Assembly: GCA_026770705.1 (NCBI GenBank)
Contig: JANJGN010000026.1
Location: 32,116,001-32,180,000 of the forward strand
Direction: 5' to 3'
DNA length: 64,000 nt
DNA from: Isurus oxyrinchus
Taxonomy: Eukaryota
A program made the position numbers and the translations under genes. Below, one piece after another: positions 62,471 to 64,000 of this stretch (the stretch's first letter is position 1; the number at the start of each line of letters is the position of its first letter). The notes under the pieces were generated by a model. That model ran no database searches. It was not told the DNA's origin and saw only the letters and a program-made list of their open reading frames with translations.

Positions 62471-62619
62471 CAATATCGGATATATAATTTCTTTGAAACT
62501 AAATGAAACTAACTGTCAGGTGCTGCCAGAACGGGCCATCCAAAACTGTCCGATTTAGGTCAACGGCAGAGAACAATTCCCATCTCAACATCTTTGTGTA
62601 TAACATTATCTCTCCAACT

Positions 62620-64000
62620 CACAGAGACATAGGCCTCTGCAGTAAAAACAGAGGCATTGCCTAGTGTGGCAATAACTGAGACAGGGTTAGCGCAATGATC
62701 ACTGAATAAGGACCTGGGTTAATATCAATTGATATCAATCCTCTCTCGGGACTAGAGCACTAATGATTGAACTGGCACATTGATTAATAATATCCTAGAT
62801 AGGGTCTTGGTACAGTTATAACTGAGATTGCCTCCGATTTAAGATAAACAAAAGACATGATCTAGTGGAGTAAAAACAGAGACAAGGCGAGTGTAATATA
62901 AGATGTATGGACTAGTGCAGCAACAACTAATACAGGATTTAGAGTTGTATATGCAGACACTAGGTCCAGAGCAGTAATAACTGAGACTTTACTGCATGTA
63001 ATATAATCAGAGCCACGGCCGAATTCAGGAACAGCTGAAACAATGCCTAGCACTGAAATAACTGAGGAAGGAATTGTTGTAATATTATCATAGACAGAAA
63101 CTATTTCAATAGAAACAAAGTCAGGGTCTGATGCAGTAAAACTGAGACAGGGCCGTGTGCACCAATTATTGATGCAGCACCTACAGTAATATAAAGCGAG
63201 ACTGGGCCAAGTATCAGCAATTACTGAGCCAGGTTTTAGTGTAGTAATAACAGACTTTGTCTTGTGTAATATAAACAGAGATGTGGTCCAGACAGAAATA
63301 ACAAAGACAGTGTCTATTTTAATAGAAACAGAGATAATGTGTGGTGTAACATAAACTGAGACGGGGTCTAGTGTAATATACACTGAGACAGGGTCTAATG
63401 TAATATAAACTGAGACAGGGTCTAATGTAATATAAACAGAGATGAAGTCTAATGTAATCGTAAACTGAGACAGGGTCTAGTGTAATATAAACTGAGATAG
63501 GTTCTCACAGAATATCAGCAATTTAGTGTAATATAAACAGGGACATGATCTAATGGAATAAAAATTGGGGCAGTGCCGAGTCCAGAAATTAAAGAGATAG
63601 GGTCTTGTGTAGTATGAACAGTGACATGATCTAGTTCAGTAATAACTGAGGCAGGATCTAGTGAAAGGAAACTGTCACGGGGTCTACTGCAGTTTTATCT
63701 GATACAGGGCCTTGTCCGATATAAACTGAGACAGAGCCTGTCATAGTAATTACAAACACAGGGCCTGGATTAATATAAACAGTGATATGGGCAAGTGCAG
63801 CAATAAGAGAGAGAAAGAGAGAGACACGGTATTATGCAATAATAACAATGATAGGGCATCGTGTGATCTAAACAGAGACATGGACTAGTGCAGCATTGGC
63901 CCAGGCATCCCCTAGCTTAGTATGAACGTGGCAGGGTTTAGTAATGTAATAACTGAGACAGAGCCTCGTGCCATGCAAACAGGAACATGTTCTGGTTTCT
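62620..64000 (-). repeat. 27-bp satellite family, inverted block running off the window
   Basis: TAATATAAACTGAGACAGGGTCTAATG units at a 27-nt period (63350-63500). Confidence 0.9.

Overview
Eukaryotic genomic DNA from a cartilaginous fish, most likely a shark (inferred from the gene and repeat content). The only host gene I can support is one complete, apparently functional, unrearranged IgM heavy-chain minilocus on the minus strand (about 12.6-30.6 kb). Its order is Leader-VH-[23]..[12]D1[22]..[12]D2[12]..[23]JH, a 9.6-kb intron, Cmu1-Cmu2-Cmu3-Cmu4/secretory tail, then TM1 and TM2. All splice sites, RSSs and reading frames check out by hand. The rest is repeat-dominated: CR1, L2-like and RTE LINE fragments, SINEs, and Penelope-like elements whose terminal repeats carry minimal hammerhead-ribozyme motifs. 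There are also microsatellites, a large 27/54-bp satellite (core 43.5-50.4 kb, decayed copies from 36 to 64 kb) and a field of decayed tRNA genes 3' of the IgM cluster (0.4-8.9 kb). The most interesting unexplained element is a ~1.5-kb G-rich tandem repeat on the non-template strand just 5' of Cmu1, where tetrapods have Smu. I found no evidence for a wholly new protein-coding system. Repeat-family names come from recalled motifs, not database searches, and repeat boundaries are approximate.
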